Origin: an uncultured Mailhella sp.
GTDB lineage: Bacteria > Desulfobacterota > Desulfovibrionia > Desulfovibrionales > Desulfovibrionaceae
Assembly (NCBI RefSeq): GCF_905187505.1
Contig: NZ_CAJJIC010000001.1
Coordinates: forward strand, 24,264 to 88,263
Direction of reading: 5' to 3'
DNA: 64,000 bases
The translations under genes were made by a program, and so were the position numbers. This document shows positions 9,035 through 17,738 of the stretch, piece by piece (within the stretch, counting starts at the first letter, position 1; each line of letters starts with the position of its first letter). The notes under the pieces were generated by a model, which worked only from the letters and a program-made list of their open reading frames with translations, was not told where the DNA came from and did not search any database.

Positions 9035-9637
9035 ATGTCCGTTTCTCTTGATTGCCGAGGCCTGGCCTGCCCTGAACCTGTCATACGCACCCGCGACGCT
9101 CTGAAAGATTCTCCCGACCTCGTTGAAGTCTGCGTGGACAACGTGCCCGCCACGGAAAACGTCAGTCGCTTCCTCGGCCGTTCCGGCTACGTCACGGACA
9201 TCAAAAAGACCGGCGACTCGGAATGGAAGGTCTGCGGCCGCAAGGCAGGCATCAACTGCGCCGAGGCCGAAGACATCATTGCCGAGGCTGGCCCCTCGCG
9301 CTCCGGCAAGACTCTGGTGATGCTCACCTCCGACGTCATCGGTTCCGGCAGCGACGAACTCGGCGCCAGACTCATGGCAAACTTCCTCGCTACGCTGCCC
9401 GAAATGAATGAGCTTTGGCGCATCGTCATGGTCAACGGCGGCGTGCGCCTCGCTTCCACGCCCGGCAAGGCTCTGGATGCCCTGAAGAAGCTGGAAGCGT
9501 CCGGCGTGAGCATCCTTGTGTGCGGCACCTGCCTTGAATTCTTCCACCTCACCGAGCAGAAGCAGGTCGGCGAAACCACCAACATGCTGGACATCGTCAC
9601 AAGTCTCGACCTTGCCGACAAGGTCATCCGTCCGTAA
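9035..9637 (+). CDS. yedF: YedF-type selenium/sulfur metabolism protein (TusA/SirA-like N-domain plus DsrE-like C-domain)
   Basis: LDCRGLACPEPV (the CPxP motif of TusA/SirA), then a DsrE-like half (LVMLTSDVIGSG...ILVCGTCL). About 200 aa. GGAGG lies 5 nt before the ATG at 9035. Confidence 0.8.
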   Translation: MSVSLDCRGLACPEPVIRTRDALKDSPDLVEVCVDNVPATENVSRFLGRSGYVTDIKKTGDSEWKVCGRKAGINCAEAEDIIAEAGPSRSGKTLVMLTSDVIGSGSDELGARLMANFLATLPEMNELWRIVMVNGGVRLASTPGKALDALKKLEASGVSILVCGTCLEFFHLTEQKQVGETTNMLDIVTSLDLADKVIRP

Positions 9638-9697
9638 CAGCATCCCGCCGTCGCGCCTCCATGCCGAGGCGCGACGCGGAAGAACAGGAGAAACATC

Positions 9698-10483
9698 ATG
9701 CCGGTGGCAGGCGTCGACGTAGGCTCGGTGGCCGCAAAAGCGGTCATTCTGGATGAACTCACCAACAACGTGCTGGCCCATGCGCTCGTGCCCACGGGCT
9801 GGAATCCCCGACAGGCAGGCGAAGACGCCCTTGACTGGGCATGCGCACAGGCCGGGGTGGACCGCCCGGCGCTGACGCGCGTCACGGGAACGGGCTACGG
9901 ACGCATAGCCCTGCCCTTTGCGGACAAAACCGTCACGGAAATCACCTGTCATGCTCTGGGGGCCGTGCATCTCTTTCCGGGCACCGGCGTCGTTCTGGAC
10001 ATCGGCGGCCAGGACAGCAAGGCCATTGCCGTAGATGCCGACGGATCGGTACAGGACTTCGTCATGAACGACAAGTGCGCTGCCGGAACAGGCCGCTTTC
10101 TTCAGGTGCTTTCCGGCATTCTGGGCATGGACGTTCAGGCTCTGGACGAGGCCGCGGGTCGGGGCAAGCCCGCGGACATTTCCAGCATGTGCGCCGTGTT
10201 TGCCGAAACGGAAATCGTCGGTCTGCTGGCGCAGGGCGTGAGTCCCGAAGACGTGGCCGCCGGAGTGTTCCGATCTCTGGCAAAACGCATGGTCTCGCTT
10301 TCCAGACGCATCGCCTGTCGCGGCGAGTACACCTTCACAGGCGGACTCGCCACGCTGCCGGCCTTTGCGCGCTGCCTGTCCTCGGAACTCGGCACCACCG
10401 TCAATGTGGCAAACGATCCTCAAAACACAGGCGCACTCGGCGCGGCGCTCATTGCCGCGCGCCTTGCTAAGGAGAACTCATGA
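9698..10483 (+). CDS. BcrAD/BadFG/HgdC-family ATPase activator (acyl-CoA dehydratase activase-type)
   Basis: ASKHA-fold motifs GVDVGSVAAKAV and DIGGQDSK, plus the bridging-cluster Cys contexts NDKCAAGTGRF and SSMCAVFAETE. AGGAG RBS. The stop overlaps the next start (ATGA). Confidence 0.9.
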   Translation: MPVAGVDVGSVAAKAVILDELTNNVLAHALVPTGWNPRQAGEDALDWACAQAGVDRPALTRVTGTGYGRIALPFADKTVTEITCHALGAVHLFPGTGVVLDIGGQDSKAIAVDADGSVQDFVMNDKCAAGTGRFLQVLSGILGMDVQALDEAAGRGKPADISSMCAVFAETEIVGLLAQGVSPEDVAAGVFRSLAKRMVSLSRRIACRGEYTFTGGLATLPAFARCLSSELGTTVNVANDPQNTGALGAALIAARLAKENS

Positions 10484-11613
10484 GCTATCCCAGCGTTGAA
10501 CGATTCAAGGACGTCACCGACCGCAACGTTCTGGCCCTTCAGGAAGCGAAGCAGGCCGGAGTGAAGGTAGTCGGTCAGTACTGCATATACTCCCCTCTGG
10601 AAATCGCCCTGGCGGCGGGTGCCGTCCCCGTTTCGCTGTGCGGCACGAAAAACGATTCCATTCCACCCGCGGAGAGCATTCTTCCGCGCTCGCTCTGTCC
10701 GCTCATCAAGAGCAGCTTCGGCTTTGCCCTTGAGGACAGCTGCCCGTACCTCGCCGCCTCCGACATCGTCGTTGCCGACACCACCTGCGACGGCAAAAAA
10801 AAGATGTTCGAGCTTTTGTCCGAACGCAAGAGCATGTTCATGCTCCAGCTTCCGCAGATTCAGAACGAGCCCGCGCTCGCGTACTGGAAGGGACAGTATG
10901 AGCGTCTCGTCCGGGAACTCGAGCTGCGCTTCGGCGTGGTCATAGGAGAAAAGGAGCTGCGCTCGGCCATACGCAAGGCCAACCGCTTCCGCCTCGCCCT
11001 CAAGAGCGTGCTCGACCTCGCGAAAAAAAAGCCCTCGCCGCTTTCCGGCATGCAGCTCATGGAAATCGCGCACCGTGCCTCCTTCGTGCCTGACTGGGAC
11101 AAGGCCACGGAACTGCTGGAAGACATGGCACGGGAAGTCGACGCTTCCGGCGAAAGCCCCTTCGCCGCCTCCGCGCCGCGCATTCTTCTTACCGGCGTGC
11201 CCGTGGGGCTCGGCTCCCACAAGGTAGTGAAGCTGCTGGAAGACTGCGGGGCAAGCGTCGTCTGCCTGGACAACTGCTCGTGCTACAAGAAGGTACGTCT
11301 CATGATCGATGAGAATGCCGATCCGCTGGATGCCCTTGCCTCCCGCTACCTCGACACGCCCTGTTCGGTCATGTCGCCCAATCCGAACCGCTACGCCGTG
11401 CTGGAAAATCTGGCCGCGGAATTCCGGGTCGACGCCGTGGTCGACCTCACCTGGCAGGGCTGCCAGACCTATGACGTGGAATCGTGGTCGGTCAAGAGAT
11501 TCGTCCGGGAGAAGCTGCATCTTCCCTTCCTGCAGATCGTCACCGACTACTCTCCTGCCGACACGGAGCAGCTCAAGGTCCGCGTGGAAGCCTTCCTTGA
11601 AATGCTCCGCTGA
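10480..11613 (+). CDS. 2-hydroxyacyl-CoA dehydratase / benzoyl-CoA reductase subunit-family protein; single subunit, double-cubane-cluster-protein-like
   Basis: 377 aa with family-typical Cys contexts (VSLCGTKND, RSLCPLIKSS, VVADTTCDGKKKMFE, CQTYD). Translationally coupled to the activator. No second subunit gene is present. Confidence 0.75.
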   Translation: MSYPSVERFKDVTDRNVLALQEAKQAGVKVVGQYCIYSPLEIALAAGAVPVSLCGTKNDSIPPAESILPRSLCPLIKSSFGFALEDSCPYLAASDIVVADTTCDGKKKMFELLSERKSMFMLQLPQIQNEPALAYWKGQYERLVRELELRFGVVIGEKELRSAIRKANRFRLALKSVLDLAKKKPSPLSGMQLMEIAHRASFVPDWDKATELLEDMAREVDASGESPFAASAPRILLTGVPVGLGSHKVVKLLEDCGASVVCLDNCSCYKKVRLMIDENADPLDALASRYLDTPCSVMSPNPNRYAVLENLAAEFRVDAVVDLTWQGCQTYDVESWSVKRFVREKLHLPFLQIVTDYSPADTEQLKVRVEAFLEMLR

Positions 11614-11633
11614 GGCAAGGAGCGCTTTTTCAT

Positions 11634-12416
11634 ATGCAGGACATCCGCATCAACCATCTGTCTTTCGGCTACAGTCCGGAACATCTTGTGCTGGACGACA
11701 TCGACCTCTCCATCGACACCGGGTCGTTCATCTGTCTGCTCGGCCCCTCCGGCTGCGGGAAAAGCACGTTTCTCCGTCTTCTGGCAGGACTTGAGCACCC
11801 CGTGAAGGGCGACATCACCATGAACGGCCGACGCATAGAAAAGCCCGGCCTCGACCGCGGCATGGTGTTTCAGGACTACGGACTCTTTCCGTGGATGACC
11901 ACGGGAGAAAACATCATGCTGGCGCTTGAGCAGCGTTTTCCCAGTGACGGAAAAAAACACTGGAAAGAAACGGCGCTTGAAAAAATACGCGACGTCGGAC
12001 TCGACGAGTCCGTGTTCGACAAGCTGCCCAAGGAGCTTTCAGGCGGCATGAAGCAGCGCTGCGCCATCGCCCGCGCCTTTGCCATTGATCCTCCCGTACT
12101 GCTCATGGACGAACCCTTCGGCGCGCTCGACGCCGTCACCCGGGCAAGACTTCAGGATCTCGTGCTCGAGCTGTGGGCCAGAACCGATCCCAAGAAGACC
12201 GTCTTCTTCGTCACCCACGACGTGGACGAGGCGCTGCTGCTCTCTAGCCGCATTCTTGTGTTCGGCCAGTCGCCGAGCAGGGTCATCTACGACTGCTCCA
12301 TACCGCCGGAAAAACGTCCCACGCGCGAAACGCAGTTCGACGACCTGGAAACGCTGAAACTGCGAAACACCCTCATCCATCAGATCAACCGTGACGTGAA
12401 CAGGCGCATGGCCTGA
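11634..12416 (+). CDS. ABC transporter ATP-binding protein (NitT/TauT family: nitrate/sulfonate/taurine type)
   Basis: Walker A GPSGCGKST, signature LSGGMKQR, Walker B LLMDEPFGALD, MVFQDYGLFPW typical of SsuB/TauB-like ATPases. Confidence 0.9.
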   Translation: MQDIRINHLSFGYSPEHLVLDDIDLSIDTGSFICLLGPSGCGKSTFLRLLAGLEHPVKGDITMNGRRIEKPGLDRGMVFQDYGLFPWMTTGENIMLALEQRFPSDGKKHWKETALEKIRDVGLDESVFDKLPKELSGGMKQRCAIARAFAIDPPVLLMDEPFGALDAVTRARLQDLVLELWARTDPKKTVFFVTHDVDEALLLSSRILVFGQSPSRVIYDCSIPPEKRPTRETQFDDLETLKLRNTLIHQINRDVNRRMA

Positions 12417-12446
12417 ACGCGTACAAATCATGCAAGGAGCCTACCC

Positions 12447-13481
12447 ATGAAAAAAATTCTCGTCTCAATGCTTACCGCCGCTCTGCTGACCTGCGGCACG
12501 GCCATGGCCCAGGACAAGCCCGAAGTGGACACCGTGCGCTGGGCCCGCGCCAACAGCGGCAACGTGCTCGTCACTCTTGCCAAGAACAACGGCTATCTCA
12601 AGGACGTGGGCATCAACGTCATTGAAATTCCGCTCAACTCCACCTCTGATGCCCTCACTGCCCTGAACGCCAAACAGGTCGACGTTACCTCCAACAACGG
12701 CACCAACAACCCTCTGCAGTTCATGGCCAAGGGCTCGGATTTCACCATCGTGGGCGGCTACATGCTCAAGGGCATGTACATCGTAGCCAAGAAGGGCACA
12801 GGCTGGCACGGCGTTTCCGACTTCATCGGCAAGAAGATCGCTGCGCCCAAAAGCCAGACATGGATCACCGGTCCCCTCATGTGGGCGGGGTACAACATCG
12901 ACGACGTGACCTGGCTCACCTACAGCACCAACAGCGACCGCCTCACCTCCGTCATCAAGGGTGAGGCCGACTACGCCAGCCTGAGCGGCGACCTTCTGTT
13001 CCGCGTGGGCAACATGAAGGATCAGCTGGAAATCGTGGTGTGGGCCGACCAGCTTCAGCCCAACTACGGCTGCTGCCGCATGAACATGAACAGCGACTTC
13101 GTAAAGGCCAACCCCAAGACGGTCAAACTGCTGCTCAAGGCTCTCATCCGCTCCGAGCAGTACCTTCTCTCCCATCCCGATGAAAGCGTGAAGATACTTG
13201 CCAGGGAACTGCATGCCAGCGAAGACTTCGTGGCCGCATATCTCAAGAATCCCAACTACCGTCCCAGTGTCGATCCCGTGCGCAACGCCGTAAAGGCCAC
13301 CTGGAAGATCATGATGGATACCGGTTTCCTGCCGGAGAGCGCCAGGAACTACGACCTCGACGCCCACATCAACGTGGATCTCTACAAGGCCGCTCTCGAT
13401 GAGCTCGTTGCGGAACGCTACAATGAAGATCCCGCGTTCTACGATGACCGTCTCGCCTTCTTCAAGGCCAACAACTTCTAA
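12447..13481 (+). CDS. ABC transporter periplasmic substrate-binding protein (NMT1/THI5/SsuA-like)
   Basis: Signal peptide MKKILVSMLTAALLTCGTAMAQ. Size and position sit between the ATPase and permease of a NitT/TauT system. Confidence 0.8.
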   Translation: MKKILVSMLTAALLTCGTAMAQDKPEVDTVRWARANSGNVLVTLAKNNGYLKDVGINVIEIPLNSTSDALTALNAKQVDVTSNNGTNNPLQFMAKGSDFTIVGGYMLKGMYIVAKKGTGWHGVSDFIGKKIAAPKSQTWITGPLMWAGYNIDDVTWLTYSTNSDRLTSVIKGEADYASLSGDLLFRVGNMKDQLEIVVWADQLQPNYGCCRMNMNSDFVKANPKTVKLLLKALIRSEQYLLSHPDESVKILARELHASEDFVAAYLKNPNYRPSVDPVRNAVKATWKIMMDTGFLPESARNYDLDAHINVDLYKAALDELVAERYNEDPAFYDDRLAFFKANNF

Positions 13482-13538
13482 TCCGTCGGGCCCGTCCTCC
13501 GGAAGGAACGACGGGCCCTTTCCTTTCAAGGAGCGTCT

Positions 13539-14300
13539 ATGGTCAGGTTTGTCACGTTCCTCAAGAAATACTGGATCACCATCCTCATCTATATAGGCAT
13601 CATTCTCGGCTACAAATACATTGCTGACACCAAGGCCTTCAACTCCTTTCTCTTTCCCCCCACGAGCGAAATAGGCGCCGCGTTTCTGAAGGACTGGAAG
13701 ACGCTTCTCATGAACATGCTCTATTCCTTCCAGCTCATGATTCCTTCCATCGTCATTGCCGTAGCCTTCGCCCTTTTTCTCGGAACGCTCATGGGCATGC
13801 ACAAAAAATTCCGGGAAGTCATACACCCTGTCATCTATTCCATCAGCGTCATTCCGGCCATTCTCATGTCGCCCTTCGCGCTGCTTCTTGCCCCGAACTT
13901 TCGCGCGGCCTCGCTGTTTCTCGTGGTCTACAACACCATATGGGCCACGCTCTTTGCCACCATCAACGGCATCATGACCATAGACAGGCGCTATCTCGAC
14001 AATGCCGCCACGCTGGAGCTTACGGGCTTCAAAAGAATGCGCAAGGTCATTCTTCCCGCAGCCATGCCGTCCATACTTTCCGGATTCATCACGTCCCTGC
14101 GCGGTTCCTTTCTGGTTCTCGTCTATGCCGAAATGTACGGCGCGGAATACGGCATGGGCTTCTACGTCAAAAAGTACACGGAATACGGCCTGTACGCGGA
14201 AGCCTGGTGCGGATTCGTATTCATGGTCATCGTGCTCGTCATTGTCATGCAGTTTTTTGAAAAGGCCAAAAACCGTCTGCTCAGATGGACGATTCACTAA
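13539..14300 (+). CDS. ABC transporter permease (SsuC/TauC-like)
   Basis: Polytopic hydrophobic 253-aa protein with an EAA-like loop (IDRRYLDNAATLELTGFKRMRKVILPAAMP). Confidence 0.85.
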   Translation: MVRFVTFLKKYWITILIYIGIILGYKYIADTKAFNSFLFPPTSEIGAAFLKDWKTLLMNMLYSFQLMIPSIVIAVAFALFLGTLMGMHKKFREVIHPVIYSISVIPAILMSPFALLLAPNFRAASLFLVVYNTIWATLFATINGIMTIDRRYLDNAATLELTGFKRMRKVILPAAMPSILSGFITSLRGSFLVLVYAEMYGAEYGMGFYVKKYTEYGLYAEAWCGFVFMVIVLVIVMQFFEKAKNRLLRWTIH

Positions 14301-14323
14301 GCCTGCACTTGGAGGTTGATTCT

Positions 14324-15505
14324 ATGAAGATAACCAGTGTCGACGTCATACTCATGGACATGCATCCTGCGGACAATCCCGGCTGGGCTCCCGTGCTCTG
14401 CCGCGTCTACACCGATGCCGGCATCTACGGCGACGGCGAGGCCGCGCTTGCCTACGGCAACGCGCACAGGGCCGCATTCGGCATGATTCAGGACTTTGCC
14501 AGAAGTATTCTCGGCATGGACCCGCTTGAAAACGAAGTCATCTGGGAAAAGCTCTACAAGTCCTCGTTTTGGGGACAGAACGGCGGTCCCGTGGTCTTTT
14601 CCGGCATATCGGCCCTCGATATTGCGCTGTGGGACATCAAGGGCAAACACTTCAACGTGCCCGTCTACACGCTTCTGGGCGGCAAAATGCGCGACAGTCT
14701 CAGATGCTACGCCTCGCAGCTCCAGTTCGGCTGGGATGACAGAAAGACTCCCGCAATCACCGTGGAAGACTACGCATCCAATGCCATGAAGGCCGTGCGC
14801 GAAGGCTACGACGCCATCAAGATAGACTTCTTCACCTTTGCCGAGGACGGACATCGTCTGAAGGCCGAGGAGACGACCCGCATTCTCACGCCGAAGAACT
14901 ACGACATGATAAAGCGCCGTCTCTCGGCCGTGCGCGAGGCCGTGGGCGAAGGTGTGGACATCATCATGGAAAACCATTCCTACATCGACGCGCAGGGCGC
15001 GGTTCAGCTCGGCCGTCTTGCGGAAGAATACGGCGTGCTCTACTTTGAGGAACCCTGCACTCCCACGCCCAAAATGAACAAGTTCGTGGCCGACCGCGTG
15101 TCCGTACCCATCAGTCAGGGCGAACGCATCTACACCCGCTGGGGCTACGCGCCCTATTTTGAAGACGGATCCATTCAGCTCATCCAGCCCGACATCGGCA
15201 ACTGCGGCGGCATAACGGAAACCAAAAAGGTCTGTGACCTCGCCCATATCTACGACGTGGGCGTGCAGGCGCACGTGTGCGCCTCCCCGCTCTCCACTGC
15301 AGCGGCACTGCATCTGGAAGCGGCCATTCCCAACTTCACCATTCACGAACAGCACGTCTACTGCCGCTACGACTACAACCGAAGGCTCTGCATTCACGAC
15401 TATCAGCCGGAAAACGGACGCTTCTCCATTCCCGACCTCCCGGGACTGGGAAACGAACTTTCCGAATACTGCTTTGCGCACGGCGAAGTCGTCACGGTAC
15501 GCTGA
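14324..15505 (+). CDS. Enolase-superfamily enzyme (mandelate racemase/muconate lactonizing family, acid-sugar-dehydratase-like)
   Basis: ALDIALWDIKGK, candidate metal ligands in AIKIDFF / IIMENHS / LYFEEP, then IQPDIGNCGGITE and VQAHVC. Start at MKITSVD (ATG 14324), with GGAGG at 14311-14315. Confidence 0.85.
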   Translation: MKITSVDVILMDMHPADNPGWAPVLCRVYTDAGIYGDGEAALAYGNAHRAAFGMIQDFARSILGMDPLENEVIWEKLYKSSFWGQNGGPVVFSGISALDIALWDIKGKHFNVPVYTLLGGKMRDSLRCYASQLQFGWDDRKTPAITVEDYASNAMKAVREGYDAIKIDFFTFAEDGHRLKAEETTRILTPKNYDMIKRRLSAVREAVGEGVDIIMENHSYIDAQGAVQLGRLAEEYGVLYFEEPCTPTPKMNKFVADRVSVPISQGERIYTRWGYAPYFEDGSIQLIQPDIGNCGGITETKKVCDLAHIYDVGVQAHVCASPLSTAAALHLEAAIPNFTIHEQHVYCRYDYNRRLCIHDYQPENGRFSIPDLPGLGNELSEYCFAHGEVVTVR

Positions 15506-15551
15506 CCGCAAATCGCCGCGGCTCGCACGTCTCGTGCGCGCCGCTTCCTCT

Positions 15552-15597
15552 GAGCGCCACAGGGAGCCCTGAATTTCCGGGGCTCCCTGTGGCGCTC
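15552..15597 (+). terminator. Strong stem-loop ending the yedF-to-enolase cluster
   Basis: Perfect 18-bp inverted repeat GAGCGCCACAGGGAGCCC / GGGCTCCCTGTGGCGCTC with a 10-nt loop. Only a weak T tract (TTCCCT) follows. Confidence 0.6.
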
Positions 15598-16023
15598 TTC
15601 CCTGAAGGCGCGAGCGCTGAAAAACTGTCGAGGCAGTAACGGCCACGGTCTCCGGCGCTGCCCAAGGCATTTTCCGTCATGCTTTCTCCTGCCCATCATC
15701 TCTTCCAGGAAGCAAAGGCGCGGTTCTTTACGGCCGGTTCGTTTTTGCGTTCTCATCCAGCGCCGTTTCTCCGGTCCGCCTTCTCCTCTCCCTTGCAAGT
15801 CATCAGGCGAACAGGTATGAAAAAAAGGAACGGTCTGACGTTTCCGCTTCAAAGCCGGACATTCCCGAAATCCCGCATTTCGGGGATCAGCCGTCCGGGC
15901 CTTTGGAAAAACCGTTTTTCCGCGCCCGGAAGGCGACGGCCGTTCCAGCCTCCGCCGGAACAGCGAACGCGGGATCGGTCATCCGTTCTGCGATCAGCCT
16001 TTACTGTTGCCACGGAGAAAAAT

Positions 16024-16680
16024 GTGACCCTTTCCCTTCAGGAAGCGGCCCGTCGCATAAAAGACGGAGGCCTGCTCCTTTATCCCACGGAAACCTTTTT
16101 CGGCATAGGATGCCGGGCCGACGACGATGCCGCCGTGCACCGCGTGTTCCGATGCAAAAAGCGTTCTCTTTCCATGCCGCTGCCCGTCATTCTGGACGAC
16201 GAAAGCCAGCTTGACCTTGTGGCCGTCCCCGGAAGCGACCTTACCGGAGACATCGCCGCTCTTGCCCGCTTCTGGCCCGGGCCTCTCACCCTGCTTCTGC
16301 CCGCAAAGGATGATCTTCCCGAGGCGCTCACCGGAGGTACCGGCAAAATCGCCGCACGGGTAAGCTCTCATCCCGCGGCCCGGGCTCTGGCCGGGCGCTG
16401 CGGCTTCCCCATCGTTTCGAGCAGCGCCAACATCAGCGGCAGAGCGGCCGTCACCCGCGCATCCGAGCTCGATCCGGAACTTCTTCAGTCTCTCGATCCT
16501 TCCACCGACGGCATTCTCGACGAGCCTCCCGCTCCCGGCGGCGGAGAAGCCAGCACCATCGTGGAACCTCTGGGGGAACGCCGCCTGCGCCTTCTGCGCG
16601 AAGGCGCCCTGCCCCTCTCCACCCTCGAACAGGCCGGGTTCACCATTCTGACTTCATCAGCTTCCGAGGTTCACGCATGA
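16024..16680 (+). CDS. tsaC: L-threonylcarbamoyladenylate synthase (TsaC/YrdC-type)
   Basis: LLLYPTETFFGIGC, SMPLPVIL, FWPGPLTLLL, RVSSHP, IVSSSANISG and STIVE. Start proposed at GTG 16024 after GGAGA. The track ORF extends to 15679 through non-homologous, proline-rich sequence. Confidence 0.7.
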   Translation: MTLSLQEAARRIKDGGLLLYPTETFFGIGCRADDDAAVHRVFRCKKRSLSMPLPVILDDESQLDLVAVPGSDLTGDIAALARFWPGPLTLLLPAKDDLPEALTGGTGKIAARVSSHPAARALAGRCGFPIVSSSANISGRAAVTRASELDPELLQSLDPSTDGILDEPPAPGGGEASTIVEPLGERRLRLLREGALPLSTLEQAGFTILTSSASEVHA

Positions 16681-17198
16681 ATCATCCCCGTTACTGCCCC
16701 TCCTGCGGCACGCTCGTGGTCCGCTACAGCAACCCCCTGCCCACCGCCGACGTCGTCATTCATGACGATGCGCGCGGCATCGTTCTCGTCCGGCGCAAAA
16801 ATCCGCCTCTCGGCATGGCGCTGCCCGGCGGCTTCATTGAGGAAGGCGAAAGCGCCGAACACGCCGCCGTCCGCGAGATGAAGGAAGAAACCGGCCTCGA
16901 CGTCACGCTGGAGGGCGTTCTCGGCGTGTACTCCTGGCCGCTGCGCGACATGCGCTGTCACACGCTCACCACGGTGTTCGTGGGCCGCAGCGAACACCCC
17001 GAAAATCTGCTTGCCGGCGACGATGCCGCCGACGCGGCCTTCTATCCTCTGGACGCGCTGCCCGAGCCGCTCTGCTTCGATCACGCCCGCATCATCGCCC
17101 ATTTCCGGGACTGGAAGGAAGGACGGAGGCCTCTTCTGCCCTGCGCCGAAGATCCCTCCCTCGAATACGGCGACATTCCCTACACCCGTCCCTTCTAG
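16677..17198 (+). CDS. NUDIX hydrolase
   Basis: Nudix box GGFIEEGESAEHAAVREMKEETGL. The start overlaps the tsaC stop (ATGA). Confidence 0.88.
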   Translation: MNHPRYCPSCGTLVVRYSNPLPTADVVIHDDARGIVLVRRKNPPLGMALPGGFIEEGESAEHAAVREMKEETGLDVTLEGVLGVYSWPLRDMRCHTLTTVFVGRSEHPENLLAGDDAADAAFYPLDALPEPLCFDHARIIAHFRDWKEGRRPLLPCAEDPSLEYGDIPYTRPF

Positions 17199-17212
17199 CC
17201 TTCGGAGAAATC

Positions 17213-17635
17213 ATGTTTCACTACGGCCGCACCCCGAGCGACGAACAGGACGTCTGGATCAAGGAGCATTTCCGCAGCCGCACCGCCGGAGCGGAATTCA
17301 TGCTGCCCTGGACCATCGACACCTGGTTCAGTACCGTGAGCGCGCTGAAATCGCTCTTCACCGCCGCGGAGCTGAAAACCATCATCGACGCGCACAAGAA
17401 CATCGTCATCGACACCTCGCACCTCAGGCTCACGCATCTGCTCATCCACGTCATGGAGCACTGCGACAGAAAGGAGCTCTACCAGAAGCACGGCAGCAGC
17501 CCGCGCAATCTGGAAACGAAGTTCCGCCATCTCGACGATGCGCAGGCCTCCGTGCTCATACTCTGGGCCTCTTCCTTCTGGCGCGGGCAGACCTGTTCCG
17601 CCCAGGCCATGGAAAAGTACATCGCCCCGAAATAA
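17213..17635 (+). CDS. Hypothetical protein (140 aa)
   Basis: Clean ORF 14 nt after the NUDIX gene, with balanced amino-acid composition unlike the shadow ORFs. I recognised no motif. Confidence 0.55.
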   Translation: MFHYGRTPSDEQDVWIKEHFRSRTAGAEFMLPWTIDTWFSTVSALKSLFTAAELKTIIDAHKNIVIDTSHLRLTHLLIHVMEHCDRKELYQKHGSSPRNLETKFRHLDDAQASVLILWASSFWRGQTCSAQAMEKYIAPK

Positions 17636-17738
17636 TTTCAGGACGCCTCCGGGCGCCACGATGCCCCTCACCCCTCATGCCGGCCGCGGGCAGATGCCGC
17701 GGCCCGGCTTTTCCCCGAACCCCGTCCAAGGACTTGCC

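Noticed and set aside
15679-16023. 115-codon N-terminal extension of the TsaC ORF, including an MKKRNG start at 15817.
   Set aside because: The extension is Pro/Arg/Ser-rich and has no similarity to TsaC/Sua5 N-termini. Homology begins right after GTG 16024, which has a GGAGA RBS. The start remains uncertain.
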